Shown here piece by piece: positions 1-11,561 of a DNA stretch of 64,000 nt. Origin of the DNA: Octopus bimaculoides (Eukaryota); NCBI RefSeq assembly GCF_001194135.2, contig NC_068990.1, positions 70,639,582 through 70,703,581 on the forward strand, written 5' to 3'. The notes under the pieces are model-generated. The model did no database searches, had not been told where the DNA came from, and worked only from the letters and a program-made list of their open reading frames with translations. A program made the position numbers and the translations under genes. Position 1 is the stretch's first letter, and each line of letters opens with the position of its first letter.

Positions 1-1125
1 TTAAAAGAGCAATGAATTCTGGGTGATTAGAATATAACGTAGCATGAATTTAGGAAGCTTAGAAAATGAATAAGCATGAATTTAAGACAACAACTGAATT
101 CAATTGAATTTCATGGAGAGAAACAAGATAAATAATAGGGGGCAAAACTAAAGCGCAAGGTATTATGAGATGTTTGAGGCCGTAAATAAATAAAAAATCT
201 CTATCTTATCTGCATCTTGGGTATTTCGTCGTAGTATGTCAGCGAGCAACAATTAAAGTTGGTTGATGTTTTCTGAGAAAACAATCAGTTGATAGTTTCT
301 ATCTCAAAATTGTACTGCATCTCAGGAAACATCTCTTGATGGCTTTCTCTGCCAATCCATTAATAGTTGTTTGTTTTTAATGCTTTGGTTAAAAGACAGA
401 GTTATGTAGCCATGGCCCTCACAGAGTCCTGAATGAGTGAAATGACATGGTTTATGTTATTCTTGCATGGCTAAAAACTGAGAACTGCAGGAAAAGAAAA
501 CAAAAAACTATGGGAAAGAATTTTGGAATATTGTTATTCTGGAGAGGAAAAATAAATGAGATTGGTGACTATAATATGTGTAATGGAATGTGGAGGAACA
601 AGAGTATAGGGGTGGGCCTCACTGGATATGACAAAGGTCACAGAAGTAGTAATAGTAGTAGAGTTAAACTGAAGAGATATCACAGGGGTTGGAGTGTGTG
701 TCTTAATAGTGGAAGGTCAACACATTTTTGAGGCTTCTCTTCCTGTTTTGTTACCTAGTGTTACTGGACTAATGTCCTTCCAGGGACAACAGGGGAGGAG
801 ATGGATACCGTCATTATTATCATTTACAGACAAACTGACCTTCATTCCACCCAAAGCAATAGTTTTTATCATTTGCTCTTCTGAGAAACTGATGAAATAA
901 TAGAGAGAGTGAAACATTAAAGCCATTAGAGTAGTTAATGTTGGTACTTGACAGGTGAAGTTCAAATTCTATCTCAGTTAGTTTTACATTTCATCCTTCT
1001 GGGATCAATAGAATAAATACAAACAATAAATGACAATAAGTTCAACAAAGGAGCCTCTATGGAACCAAATGACTCATTAGAGATAACAACCAAAGTACAC
1101 ATATTTACCATCCTGTTCTCTTTAA

Positions 1126-1322
1126 TCCTTTAACATTTAAGCTGGCCATATCTAGCTCAAATATTTCTACCTGTTTTTTGTTCAAACTGGCTACCCTACA
1201 ATGTCATTCTAAAAATATACAATCATATCATTGAAACCTCAAAGCTATGAGATAATACAGGATTAATTCCAAGCAATGTGAATAAATATTACATTTGACA
1301 GAACAATCTGAATGCTAAAGGG
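1126..1322. mobile_element. piggyBac-type MITE (~197 bp)
   Basis: TTAA on both sides (1122-1125, 1323-1326). Termini (t)cctttaacatt ... aatgctaaaggg are an inverted pair. No ORF. Confidence 0.65.
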
Positions 1323-2399
1323 TTAAAAAAGGATATAGTACACAGTAAAATTTTGAATATAATTAAGATGGTGTGGTCATATCTGGAATGACTTTGATCA
1401 TAGGTTTAGTAAATCATATCTGAGTTAGTGCAAAACAACAGCAATAAACAGACTATTTCTTGTTACAGATCTTAACCTTTTACACTGATCGAAGAAACAG
1501 TTGTTAGTTTTAGCTATTGTCAACTTAAACTTTTACTTTACCAATAAAAGAAGACTGAAAATAATTGAGTATAAAATTCCACTGTAAAATTTCTGTTGTG
1601 TCTATAGTTTAAGATATTTAATTCTTCCAGGCTAACATCCAGAACCCATTCATATAATTATTTCAATGATGAAATCATTTACAATTTTAAAACTCCAATG
1701 ATATGCCATGATGTATTTGAAATATATTATTAAAACAAAGCAGAAGCATCAAGGATACTATATTAAGTTTGATGTTTTTATATTTTTGAGTTCAAATTTT
1801 ATGTAGCGTAGATTTTTGTTTAATTTTATAAAACTACTACTTGTTCTATGCTTGATGAAATCAGTCAAGTACATCTTCCAGTGTTTATAATGTATCAACA
1901 CATGTAGGTACAGGCTGGGCAAGATTTTTTTTTAGGAAGACTAGATGTTGTCATTGCATGGAAGTCTCTCCTGTCCATGACACCAACGTTTGGAAAATGC
2001 AGCCAAATTGAGTCAATACAACTTGGAATTGATGTCATTGTAGTTGTTAGTTTGGTGGGTCAGTACATCTCTATCAACCCTGAAAGGATAAAAGGTAAAG
2101 TTGATCATGGCAGAATTTGAACTCAGAGCAAAGAGAGTTGGACCAAATACTGCAAAACATTCTTTCCATCATTCTAACACCTCTGTTTCAACTAACAAAA
2201 ACGTTGACAGGGTTTAATTATTTCTTTCTGCTTTAGTCAACTGCAGGTTTATAATATTCACTTAATATTTATATATATATATATATATATATATCATGTT
2301 GAACTGTTAATCTCTACACATTTTTTCTCCCTCAATCCTTTCTGTTGATGAGCATAGGCTTGAAACATCAAAGACTTTTCCATTATGCTCAATTTTTCT

Positions 2400-4270
2400 C
2401 TCAATACATTTGCACTTTGTCATACATGCACACTGATGTTGCACATCCAACAGAACCTACTGCCTTCATTTCTCTCTAGTCTATGCATATCTTCTGCATT
2501 CAGAGCCCATGTCTCACTACCATGGAGTGTAGCTGTTTGCACATAAGCATCATATAGTCTACCTTTCACTCTGAGAGAGAGTCCTTTTGTTGCTAACTGA
2601 AGTAATAGCTCTCTGAACTTCCTCCACCCTATTCTTATTTTAGAAACATTACTTCACCTAGAAGTATTTTAGAAATAATACTTCACTAACAGAAACTATC
2701 TACAACCTCTTGGGCATTTGAGAGAATCTAAGTCCCATATGCTTTTAGTGTTTATTGTTCCTGAACATCTGCTACATACAAAGACGACTTTATCTGTTAA
2801 TCTATCTGTGATTCCACTGTACCTCTTATGTGTCCAGTGTAAACTGGGTGCAGTGAATGGAATTCCTTTCAATTCCTTTCCTATATACTGAGCAGGGCCA
2901 TTTACCTGATGGAAAGAGAGTTTTATCTTCTTTCTTACTAACAACTTTGGTTTTTGCTAAGTTAACTTTAAGGCCCTTGGATTCCAGGTTTTGTTTCCAT
3001 ACCTGGAATTTCTTCTCCAATTCTGCTAAAGATTCTACACTAAGAGCAAGGACATCAGCATATAGCAGTTCCCACAGGCATCCAGTTTTGAATTCCTCTG
3101 TTATGGCCTGGAGGACTATACTGAATAAGAGTAGGCTAAACACTGAGCCTTGGTGAACCCCTACTTGTATGCTAAATTCATCACTATATTTGTGGCCAAC
3201 TCTCACCTTACTGACAGCACCACTGTACATGGCTTGTACAGCTCTAACAAGCCACTCCTCTACTCCTAACTTCCTTAGAGACCACCAGATAACAGAGTGG
3301 GGAACTCTGTCGAAAGCTTTCTTCAGGTCGATGAAGGCTAAGTACAATGGCATAGTACTTTTCCTGCAGCTGCTTGTAGTTGTTTTTATCTAAGGCATCA
3401 CCTTTACCCTTGTAGCAGCTAACTATAATACTACTACACCAGTCATTGGGGATGGCTCCTTTGTGAATAATCTGATTGATTATACAGGTGACTAAGCTGT
3501 ATCCTACACCGCTGGAAATTTTAATCATCTTGGCAGTGATTCCTGATGGCCCAGGGGTTTTCCTTGACCTCATATCCTTAATTGCCTTATGTATTATGCT
3601 GCTATTAACTCTGATGGCCAGTCCCTCAATTGGTTCAATATTTAGTAGACTCTCCTTCACCCATTCATTTTCCACATTTAGTAACCTTTCATAGTGATAT
3701 TTCCATGCACCTTTCTTCTCTGAGTCACTAAATGCAAGCATATCATTATCCATTCGCACACATTTCTCACCCACCACATCTCTATTCTCCCTGATACACT
3801 GCTTTGCAATCATGAACACCTCATGATTCTGATCCTCATGCTGTAAAACATTTGAAAATCTCTTACCTTCTGCTATTCATTTTGCTATGTAAACCTGTCT
3901 CCTAGCTGCCCTTCTGGCTACCTGATATAATTCTCTGCTTCTATCATTTCTCCAGTCTTTCTAGGTCTGTCTCTTTGCCTTTATAGCACTGTCTAACTCC
4001 TTGTTCCACCACCATGTAACTTTTGGTCTAGTTGGGACTCTGCACCAACCACAGATTTCATCTGTAGCCCTCAGTAGATTGTCCTGCAGGAACTTACAAT
4101 TGTCCTCTAAGCTATATGTTCTCAACTCTTGCTCTCTTTCGTCAGAAGCTTTCATTAGGAAATCTCTAAATTTTTGTTTGTTTGCTGAGTCTTTGAGCTT
4201 CCATAGTCTTATTTTCTGGATTGGTTTATTTCTCTGAGTCTTTCTAGCTCTAATTCTGAATGAGTGTGAT
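2400..4270 (-). mobile_element. RTE-clade LINE, degraded ORF2 fragment (RT plus downstream zinc finger)
   Basis: Frameshifted ORFs carry RT motifs YLAFIDLKKAFDRVP, GVHQGSVFSLLLF and LLYADVLAL, plus upstream KTPGPSGIT and TWWWNKELDSAI. Boundaries approximate. Confidence 0.9.
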
Positions 4271-4328
4271 TTAGCTGTTATTTATAGCAGGTTAACAACT
4301 GCATAACAGTTGTATTTTTGGTTTAGAG

Positions 4329-5014
4329 CAGGGGTGGGGAAACTTTTTAGTGCGACGGGTAAAAATTTCGAAAGGAAAAGGTTCACAGGCAGATCACAAG
4401 TTCTAACTCCTTGTAAATCTGTGTAAATCTTGTATATCATCATCATCATCATCATCATCGTTTAACGTCTGCTTTCCATGCTAGCATGGCTTGGACGATT
4501 TGACTGAGGACTGGTGAAACCGGATGGCAACACCAGGCTCCAATCTAATTTGGCAGAGTTTCTACAGCTGGATGCCCTTCCTAACGCCAACCACTCAGAG
4601 AGTGTAGTGGGTGCTTTTACGTGTCACCCGCACGAAGGCCAGTCAGGCAGTACTGGCAACGGCCACGCTCAAAATGGTGTCTTTTATGTGCCACCTGCAC
4701 AAGAGCCAGTCCAGGGGCACTGGCAACGATCTCGCTCGAAAATCTTACGAAGGTCAGTCAGGCAGTACTGGCAACGGCCAAGCTCAAAATGGTGCATCTT
4801 ACGTGCCACCCGCACAAGAGCCAGTCCAGGGGCACTGGCAACGATCTCGCTCGAAAGTCCTTATACATGTCGCAGGCACAAGTGCCAGAAAGGCGACGCT
4901 GGGCACAGGTATTGTATAAATTTTATAATTGAAAAATTTACTATATTTTGTACATACAAATATACCAGCCCACGGGTGCAACTGCACCCGCAGACGGGGG
5001 TTTCCCCCCCTCTG
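4329..5014. mobile_element. hAT (Charlie-like) non-autonomous element hosting a nested retro-insertion
   Basis: TIRs CAGGGGTGGGGAAAC / GTTTCCCCCCCTCTG. Perfect 8-bp TSD GTTTAGAG at 4321-4328 and 5015-5022. Confidence 0.85.
4437..4911 (-). mobile_element. 5'-truncated RTE 3'-end / RTE-tailed SINE-like insertion with (GAT)n tail
   Basis: (CAT)n on + followed by gtttaacgtctgctttccatgctagcatgg...ggatgcccttcctaacgccaacc. 7-bp TSD TTGTATA (4430-4436, 4912-4918). Internal 115-bp tandem duplication. The same family recurs at 12205, 27561, 35727 and 47583. Confidence 0.8.
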
Positions 5015-5332
5015 GTTTAGAGTGACATTTGTTGACCATTTGAATGAGCCAATTGTCTGTTATGTGTAAGAGTGGAAAGATAAAACATATACATTAAAAT
5101 AGGTCCATGTCTCTAATAAAAAGATACTTCCTGAAATGTTTGACTTCTGTATTTCTTCACAACATAAAATATATTCAACTAGTTAAATCATTTCTGTTGG
5201 TGTTTTCCAACACATCATCAATATCGTCTCCTTCTATTGTTTTACTTAATAATTTTCAGGGTTAACACTCCATATTTCTTTCAATCTTCCACTATGGTTT
5301 GAAACTTCCTTTTATGATCTTCTCTGTTTCAG

Positions 5333-5446
5333 AATCTACGAGCAACCATGTACAACATAGAGAATGCTGACCGTTTGAAGGTGAAACGTATCGCAGGTCG
5401 TATAGTTCCTGCCATTGCTACAACTACAGCAACTGTATCGGGACTG
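5333..5446 (+). CDS. UBA6: Ubiquitin-like modifier-activating enzyme 6, internal exon ([10 protein letters not shown]...[13 protein letters not shown])
   Basis: tttcag acceptor, phase 0. E1 motif [14 protein letters not shown] matches recalled UBA6 [19 protein letters not shown]. Donor GTCTGT is weak. Upstream exons were not found in the window. Confidence 0.93.
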
Positions 5447-5549
5447 GTCTGTACACAAACTTTCTTGAAATCATTTAAATCACTAATTTCTTTTATTTCA
5501 ATCCTTTACCTAATAAGGAATTCTCTCTTCACTTTTTTTTTTCCATAGA

Positions 5550-6140
5550 TCATCCTGTGATGTACTTCGACACATTGCCAGTGATGTTTCCTGGGGAGGT
5601 GGGGGGTCATTAATGATTTTGGGTCTTTCGACATCAGATACCCTCACCCAAACAATCCAGTTGGGGCTGATCAAACCTAGTTAGCACTACCCCTTCCAGG
5701 ATTTGCACCCCTGATCCACAGCCACTTTGAGGCAATCTTTGCTGTCTCCACAGTCAACCTGATGGCCTTCTGCCTACTGGAGTCTGTGTAACATGTCCAT
5801 TATATCATGTCCAGAGGATCTGGCCTGTAAACCCTCTACATCCCACCTTGATGACATCACAACTTGTTAGCTACCCATTGCTTTGGCATAACTCCACCAG
5901 TTCAGCATATTTCCTCCTCCTACTCTTATTTGCCTCCTTGTTGTGATTGTCTCAGGGAACAAAGAGTTCTAAATGCCCCCTGCTTGGATAGTTCCAAGAT
6001 CAGTACCATATTCAGCCTTAGTGATGTAGAGGCAACAGTTTCTGGGAGCTTCAAATATATCATTATTTCACAGGATAAGGAAATTAGAGACAGTTGACTA
6101 TTAAGCCAGCTACTGCCATACAGTATTTCTATCATTTCTG
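5550..6140 (-). mobile_element. HERO-like (R2-group, REL endonuclease) non-LTR retrotransposon 3' fragment
   Basis: Frameshifted translation TVASTSLRLNMVL / ELFVP*DNHNKEAN..RKYAELVELCQSNG / IKVGCRGFTGQ / KAIRLTVETAKIASKWLWIR resembles the recalled HERO C-terminus. A 3'UTR follows. Confidence 0.7.
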
Positions 6141-6186
6141 TTGGAATGTCATTTTAAATCTTATGATCAACTCTTTTTTCGCTACC

Positions 6187-6189
<3 letters not shown>

Positions 6190-6230
<41 letters not shown>
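6190..6230. repeat. (CA)n microsatellite
   Basis: Direct reading. Confidence 0.95.
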
Positions 6231-6232
<2 letters not shown>

Positions 6233-6429
6233 CATAATGGCTTCCCTCATATAAAACAGGTCTAATGTTTAGTCAAAGATATTATTATGTATTTGTTTAT
6301 GGTAACTTCCTTCCTATCTAGCTAACAAGAATAACTTCCATTTGGGAGAAAAGAAAAGAAAATTGAATTCCCATTCCTCTTGTTTCTTAAATTTTCTTCA
6401 CCATTCCCCAACAAATTTAGATTTCTTCA

Positions 6430-6434
<5 letters not shown>

Positions 6435-6482
<48 letters not shown>
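6435..6482. repeat. (TA)n microsatellite
   Basis: Direct reading. Confidence 0.95.
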
Positions 6483-6490
<8 letters not shown>

Positions 6491-6892
6491 GATACCTGGT
6501 CTCGGAAAGAGCAAATGAAATATAATGGTACAAGAGTGAATCAAAACCCATATTTCAAACTCTTTGAGACCTTTAACTAGAATTCATTAATTTCAGCGAA
6601 TTTATATTTTCCAATTTATATCTCAGACCTTTCATTTCCCCCCACATCTCTCTCTCACACACGCACACACACTTTCTTTTCACTCTTATCTCAAATCAAC
6701 TCAGCTTTGTAACTTTTTTGCGATTTTGAATTTTAAGATATTTCTACCCCCCATTATATTTCACTTCAACAATTTTTTGTGAAGTCTTCCATTGAAGAAT
6801 TCTCACACACACACATTTATTAATTTTCTCCTCAGCTGTAACATAACAGACCAATTTTAACATCCTGCAATGGTACTTCTGTCTCATTCCAG

Positions 6893-7020
6893 GCAGCAGT
6901 GGAACTTCTTAAAGTAATTAATAAGCATCCTCTGGAGAAATACCGCAACTGTTTCCTCAACCTTGCTCTTCCAATGATGCTTCTGTCAGAACCAGGAGCA
7001 GCAGAAACTCTGAAGATCAA
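6893..7020 (+). CDS. UBA6: UBA6 exon (AAVELLKVINKHPLEKYRNCFLNLALPMMLLSEPGAAETLKI)
   Basis: ttccag acceptor and GTGAGT donor. 128 nt, phase 0 to 2. YRNCFLNLALP matches UBA6 YKNCFLNLAIP. Confidence 0.93.
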
Positions 7021-8512
7021 GTGAGTAGTTGCCAGTCAAAGATGTAATGCCATTTGTTGGAGAATTGAACCCAAATCATTTACATACATCATTCTTTCAC
7101 ACACACTTCTACACATCCTATTTAGAAAATATATTTACTATTAAAAGTTCCTTCCATTATCAAATAAGTTTAGTTAAATATAAAACTACTTAAATATTTT
7201 TAGACACGAAATTTTTTCACAAACAGTAATTTGCCAAAACTATACAAATATTCATTTCCTCCAATCACAAACATACATCATCATTTTAGCAACCATGTTT
7301 CCATGCTTGCATAGGTCAAACAGAATTCATTGAGGCAAATTTTCTATGGTAGGATGCTCTTTCTGTTTCCAAGCAAAGTAATATTTCTGCATGACCAAAC
7401 ATGTTGACATCATTTGTATGACAGTGCTTCTTGTTTACAACCATCATGTGATTTCAAGACAAGGATACACACAAACTCAGTCATTGCTATGAAAGCAGCA
7501 TTGAATTAACCATCTAAGTATATTTAATGTAAATACACAATTGACAAAATGCAGTTTTTGCCTGTGATAAAATCTCTTTTAGATATGCTGTGTAAAAGAA
7601 TAACATATATGGGATAATGCTAAATGTGTTTCAGCCATTATGGATTTTGTCAGTGATGTGTTCACACAGCCACATGTCAAGACAAAATGTGTCACCTACA
7701 ATAGATAAGAAATAGTGATGTTGCAAATAGCTTCCTGACTGAATAAAAATTTGGTGTATACAATTAGAGCAGCATGTGGCTGTCAGTATATGTCATTGAC
7801 AGGGCACAAGAAGGCTGAAATGCCTCTACTGTTCTCATTTGCTGTTGTTGGGATGATTTTCGTCTTCCTCTGATATATATTGTTTTTAACACAGCATACC
7901 TCTAAGATGTTTTCATCTCAGATGCAGCTACAGTTTCTTTCCTGTCAGCAGTGTATATATGTTAAGTATGACACATAAATGGCTATTTTAATATAATGAT
8001 GTTTCAACTGCATATGCTGGGTTTTTGTCCAACCTTGCAGCTACTTGCAATATCAGAGCATGTATTATTCACTGTTTTCTGTATATTGGATGTAAAAAGT
8101 TTCATCTTAGCATGCAGCTGCAAGTACATATCATTAACAAGGCCTAAAGAGGCTGAAATAAAACACTTTAGTAATAAGATATTTATAGAGTATTAAGAGT
8201 TTACAAAGCAGTTTTCAAACTGATATTTTTGTTATCCACTGTATAGATAAGGCTGTTGAACTATGAACATAATACACACATATACAGATACACAAACATA
8301 CATACACATATATCCATGCACATATACTCATATATACATATACATGTGTGTGTATATAAAAAATGGGGAAAGGAGAATTAAATAGATCAAGATAAAAAAA
8401 ATTAAATGTTATGCTGGTCAATTTTGGGTCAAAATGCTGCCATAAATTTCTATTGAATACAAACACACCTACCGTCGTGTCCACATACTGATATAGTCAC
8501 ACATATATACAC

Positions 8513-8515
<3 letters not shown>

Positions 8516-8577
<62 letters not shown>
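8516..8577. repeat. (TA)n microsatellite
   Basis: Direct reading. Confidence 0.95.
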
Positions 8578-8581
<4 letters not shown>

Positions 8582-8619
8582 TATCTATACACATGTACAT
8601 GCATACACTCATACACATG

Positions 8620-9793
8620 CAGGGGTTGGACAAAATAATGGAAACACCTTGCATCATAATTTTTAAATATCTATAAAACCATCGAAAGCTTGCTTATTTT
8701 TGTTTTTTGATTTATTATTAGTGTTGCTTAATATGTTTTGCTAAAACTGCTGTTTCTTTTCGGATATCATCAGAATAAGGTAATCAAAATTCATTAAAAT
8801 AACAAATCTATCGGACTTTCAAAGAGGTCAAATTGTTGGTGCTCGTATGGCAGGCGCTAGCATAATGAAAACAGCCGAAATATTTGGTGAATCAAGAAGT
8901 ACTCTCTTGAAAGTAATGACAGCCTTTGAGAACAAGGGAAAAACCTCCTCGTCAAAACAAAATTCTGGAAGAAAACCAAAACTTTCAGATAGGAACCGTC
9001 GGACTCTTATGCGAACTGTTAGAAAGGATCGCAAAAGTACAGGTCCCAAAATTACTGCAAAGCTTAATGACCACCTCAAGAACCCAATCTCCACAAAAAC
9101 TGTTCACCAGGAGCTGCACAAAGCCTGATTTCAGAAAACCACTACTTTCAAAAACAAACATTGCGAAACGTTTAGAGTGGAGTAAAAACCTACAGAATTG
9201 GTCCCTAGAGCAGTGGAAGAATGTTATTTTCTCAGACGAGTCATCCTTTACCTTATTTCCAACCACCAGCCAAGTATACGTGTGGAGACAGCCAAAAGAA
9301 GCATCTGACCCAGACTACCTTCTTCCAACTGTTAAACATGAAGGAGGATCTGTGATAATTTGGGGAGCTATATCTTGGAAATCCGCCAGCCCAATGGTTC
9401 CCCTTCATTGCAGAATTAATAATCAAGACTATTTAAGCATTTTATCTGATCAAATTCATCCTATAGTTGTGGAACTGTTTCCTGAGGGAAACACAATCTT
9501 TCAGGATGATAATGCACCAATTCATACAGCTAAAGTTGTTACTGAATGGCACGAGGAACATTCTAGTGAAATGGAACATCTTATCTGGCCACCACAGTCG
9601 CCAGATCTCAATACTATTGAACATTTATGATGCATTTTAGAAAAACAAGTAAGGATTCAATATCCTCCACCATCATCACTACAAGAACTGGAGACTTTTT
9701 TAGCTGAAGAATGAACAAAATTCCTTTGGAAACAATTCAAACTTTGTATGAGTCCATACCTCGTAGAATTCAAGCTGTAATTACTGCCAAAGG
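8620..9793 (+). mobile_element. Tc1-family DNA transposon relic with DD36E catalytic spacing; right end missing
   Basis: Left TIR CAGGGGTTGGACAAAATAATGGAAACACCT. Transposase GRKPKLSDR, IFSDESSF, GGSVIIWGAIS, FQDDNAPIH, WPPQSPDLNTIEH, interrupted by a stop (9126-9128) and a frameshift. Confidence 0.92.
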
Positions 9794-10090
9794 TCTTCAT
9801 TTACTCTTATTGTAAGAAATTTCTTTGAGAGCCATAAAGCAGATAACTACTCTAAACTAATGGAGAAGAAGCATTACCGTCACAGCCACCTAATCATTTC
9901 CCAGACAACCTTGGTGACATAAATAATGAACAGGGTGAACAATTCCACCTAAATTCCAGAAATATGAAAGGAAAATACCAAGAATATTGGGATACCCATA
10001 TGATGGTAGATTAATGCTGGACCATTCAATGTGATTGTCTTAGAGTAGCTCACACAAGAGGTCTCTGAAATGCCACTTTTGTGAAATATC
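9794..10090 (+). mobile_element. Chapaev3-like (Transib/RAG1-related) transposase C-terminal fragment
   Basis: Degraded HSH..HFPDNLGDINNEQGEQFH...KYQEYWDTHMMVD*CW motif. Family assignment is from recalled motifs only. Confidence 0.6.
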
Positions 10091-10484
10091 CAAGTAAATG
10101 AGCATTGTATCACTGATCGCTCTTTACACTTATTTCACTATTATCTGATTCTACAGATGTAATTTAATCTTAACAAACTTATTCTTCTTATATGAAACTA
10201 TTTTTTTTTCTATCTAAGAGGTAACAATGATGATTTGTGGTCATCAATCCTTGTACACAATTGGTTGTAAGCATAACAATTAGGGGTATAACATATCTTG
10301 ATAACCAGATCTGTTGGAGAAAAAATAGGTCTAATATCTCAGACACCAAATTCTATGTTCAAAGGAACTTGAGGTTCCTTTTTGGTTGATAAGTCTTCTC
10401 AATTTCAAAATTAGATATGACAAATAAATTTATTAATTAATAAAGTAATTAAGCACCTTTTAAAGTTGTTAAAATCTTTTTCAG

Positions 10485-10572
10485 CGATGAATTATCACTG
10501 ACTGTTTGGGATCGATGGGAAATTGAAGGCAACAAGGATTTCACCTTGGAAATGTTTCTAAATCATTTTAAA
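10485..10572 (+). CDS. UBA6: UBA6 exon (DELSLTVWDRWEIEGNKDFTLEMFLNHFK)
   Basis: ttttcag acceptor and GTAAGA donor. Phase 2 to 0. Matches UBA6 FTIWDRWTVHGKEDFTL at the start of the ubiquitin-fold domain. Confidence 0.93.
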
Positions 10573-11229
10573 GTAAGATTTTTTTACCATTATTGTAATA
10601 TTATTTGATTGTCAGCAGGATGTTGGGTTGGCAGAATTGGTAGTGTTGCACAAAATCCACAACAGTATTGGTTCCAGCTTTTTATGTTATGGGTTAAAAT
10701 CCTTGTTAGAGTTAATGCTGCCTTTCATTCTTCCAGAAGTAGATGAAATAATAATACTAGCTTTGTTGACCCAAAATCAGAAACATCTCAATGTGTTATT
10801 CCGTGATAGCAGTGGTTACGATATTCTATCAACATTTAGCAAGGGTAGTTAACAAATTTCAAAGTTCTGTGGTTCAAATCTAATTCCCCTTGGTCCTCTG
10901 TTCTTTTAGAACTGATAAACACTAAAGGCTGAGTAAATATAAGACAAGCAATGTAAAAGTGAGAGGTTATTTGAAAAATGAGAAGGTTGACTCAGCTCAT
11001 GGCTAATAGATTGTTGATAGACTAGTAGCCAATCCAGAAGAAACTAACTCATTTCAGTTACAGCTTTATTGTAACAGTCTACCTTTATAAAGGCAGTATC
11101 GATGAAACCTCATGATGATCAATATTGATCTATCTTTACTTAATCAATTTTAAACATAAATGATGTACAACTATCCATATCAACCAGACTATCAGATGTT
11201 ATATACCACTGGTCACAATGCACTTCCTC

Positions 11230-11420
11230 ATGTTATAGCATTTTAATGATACCACCCAACTAGCTTGATGAGCAGGCCCCATTCCTTCTAAATGGAATAC
11301 CAGTCTGTGCAGAGTAACCAATTTACAGCTGAGTGGATTGGAGCAATGTCAAATTAAGTGTTTTCCTCAAGAACATAATGCACCATCTGGTCTGGGAATT
11401 GAAACCATGATCTTTGTTTG
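11230..11420 (-). mobile_element. Degraded SINE fragment
   Basis: tttacagctgagtggattggagcaatg..aagtgttttcctcaagaacataatgca..gggaattgaaaccatg reads as a reverse tRNA-like head plus core. Ends in a 19-bp tandem duplication. Confidence 0.45.
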
Positions 11421-11466
11421 AAACCATGATCTTTGTTTGGAATCATGACTTTACCTCTTTTTCCAG

Positions 11467-11561
11467 GAAAAGACAGGCTACAATGCCTCCATGATTGTAC
11501 ATGGGGCTAAAATGATTTATGTTCCTATCCTGCCTGGCCATAAGAAAAGATTAACCCAAAG
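11467..11561 (+). CDS. UBA6: UBA6 exon (EKTGYNASMIVHGAKMIYVPILPGHKKRLTQ)
   Basis: ttccag acceptor and GTAATG donor. Phase 0 to 2. KMIYVPILPGHKKRL is UBA6-type, not UBA1-type. Confidence 0.93.

Noticed and set aside
694-965. Exon-like stretch and ORFs before the first UBA6 exon, plus acceptor-like sites near 1468 and 1630
   Set aside because: No frame gives the expected FEKDD..HIDFI UBA6 motif, and stops occur quickly.
4633-4862. Repeat arrays as possible CRISPR (also 27595-27785)
   Set aside because: Head-to-tail units without unique spacers, inside LINE UTRs, in eukaryotic DNA with no cas genes.
5617-5648. Hammerhead-ribozyme-like CTGATG..GAAA on the - strand
   Set aside because: It reads CUGAUGU, lacking the invariant A9, and there is no correctly placed GAAA or stem III. 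Kept only as a structured UTR.
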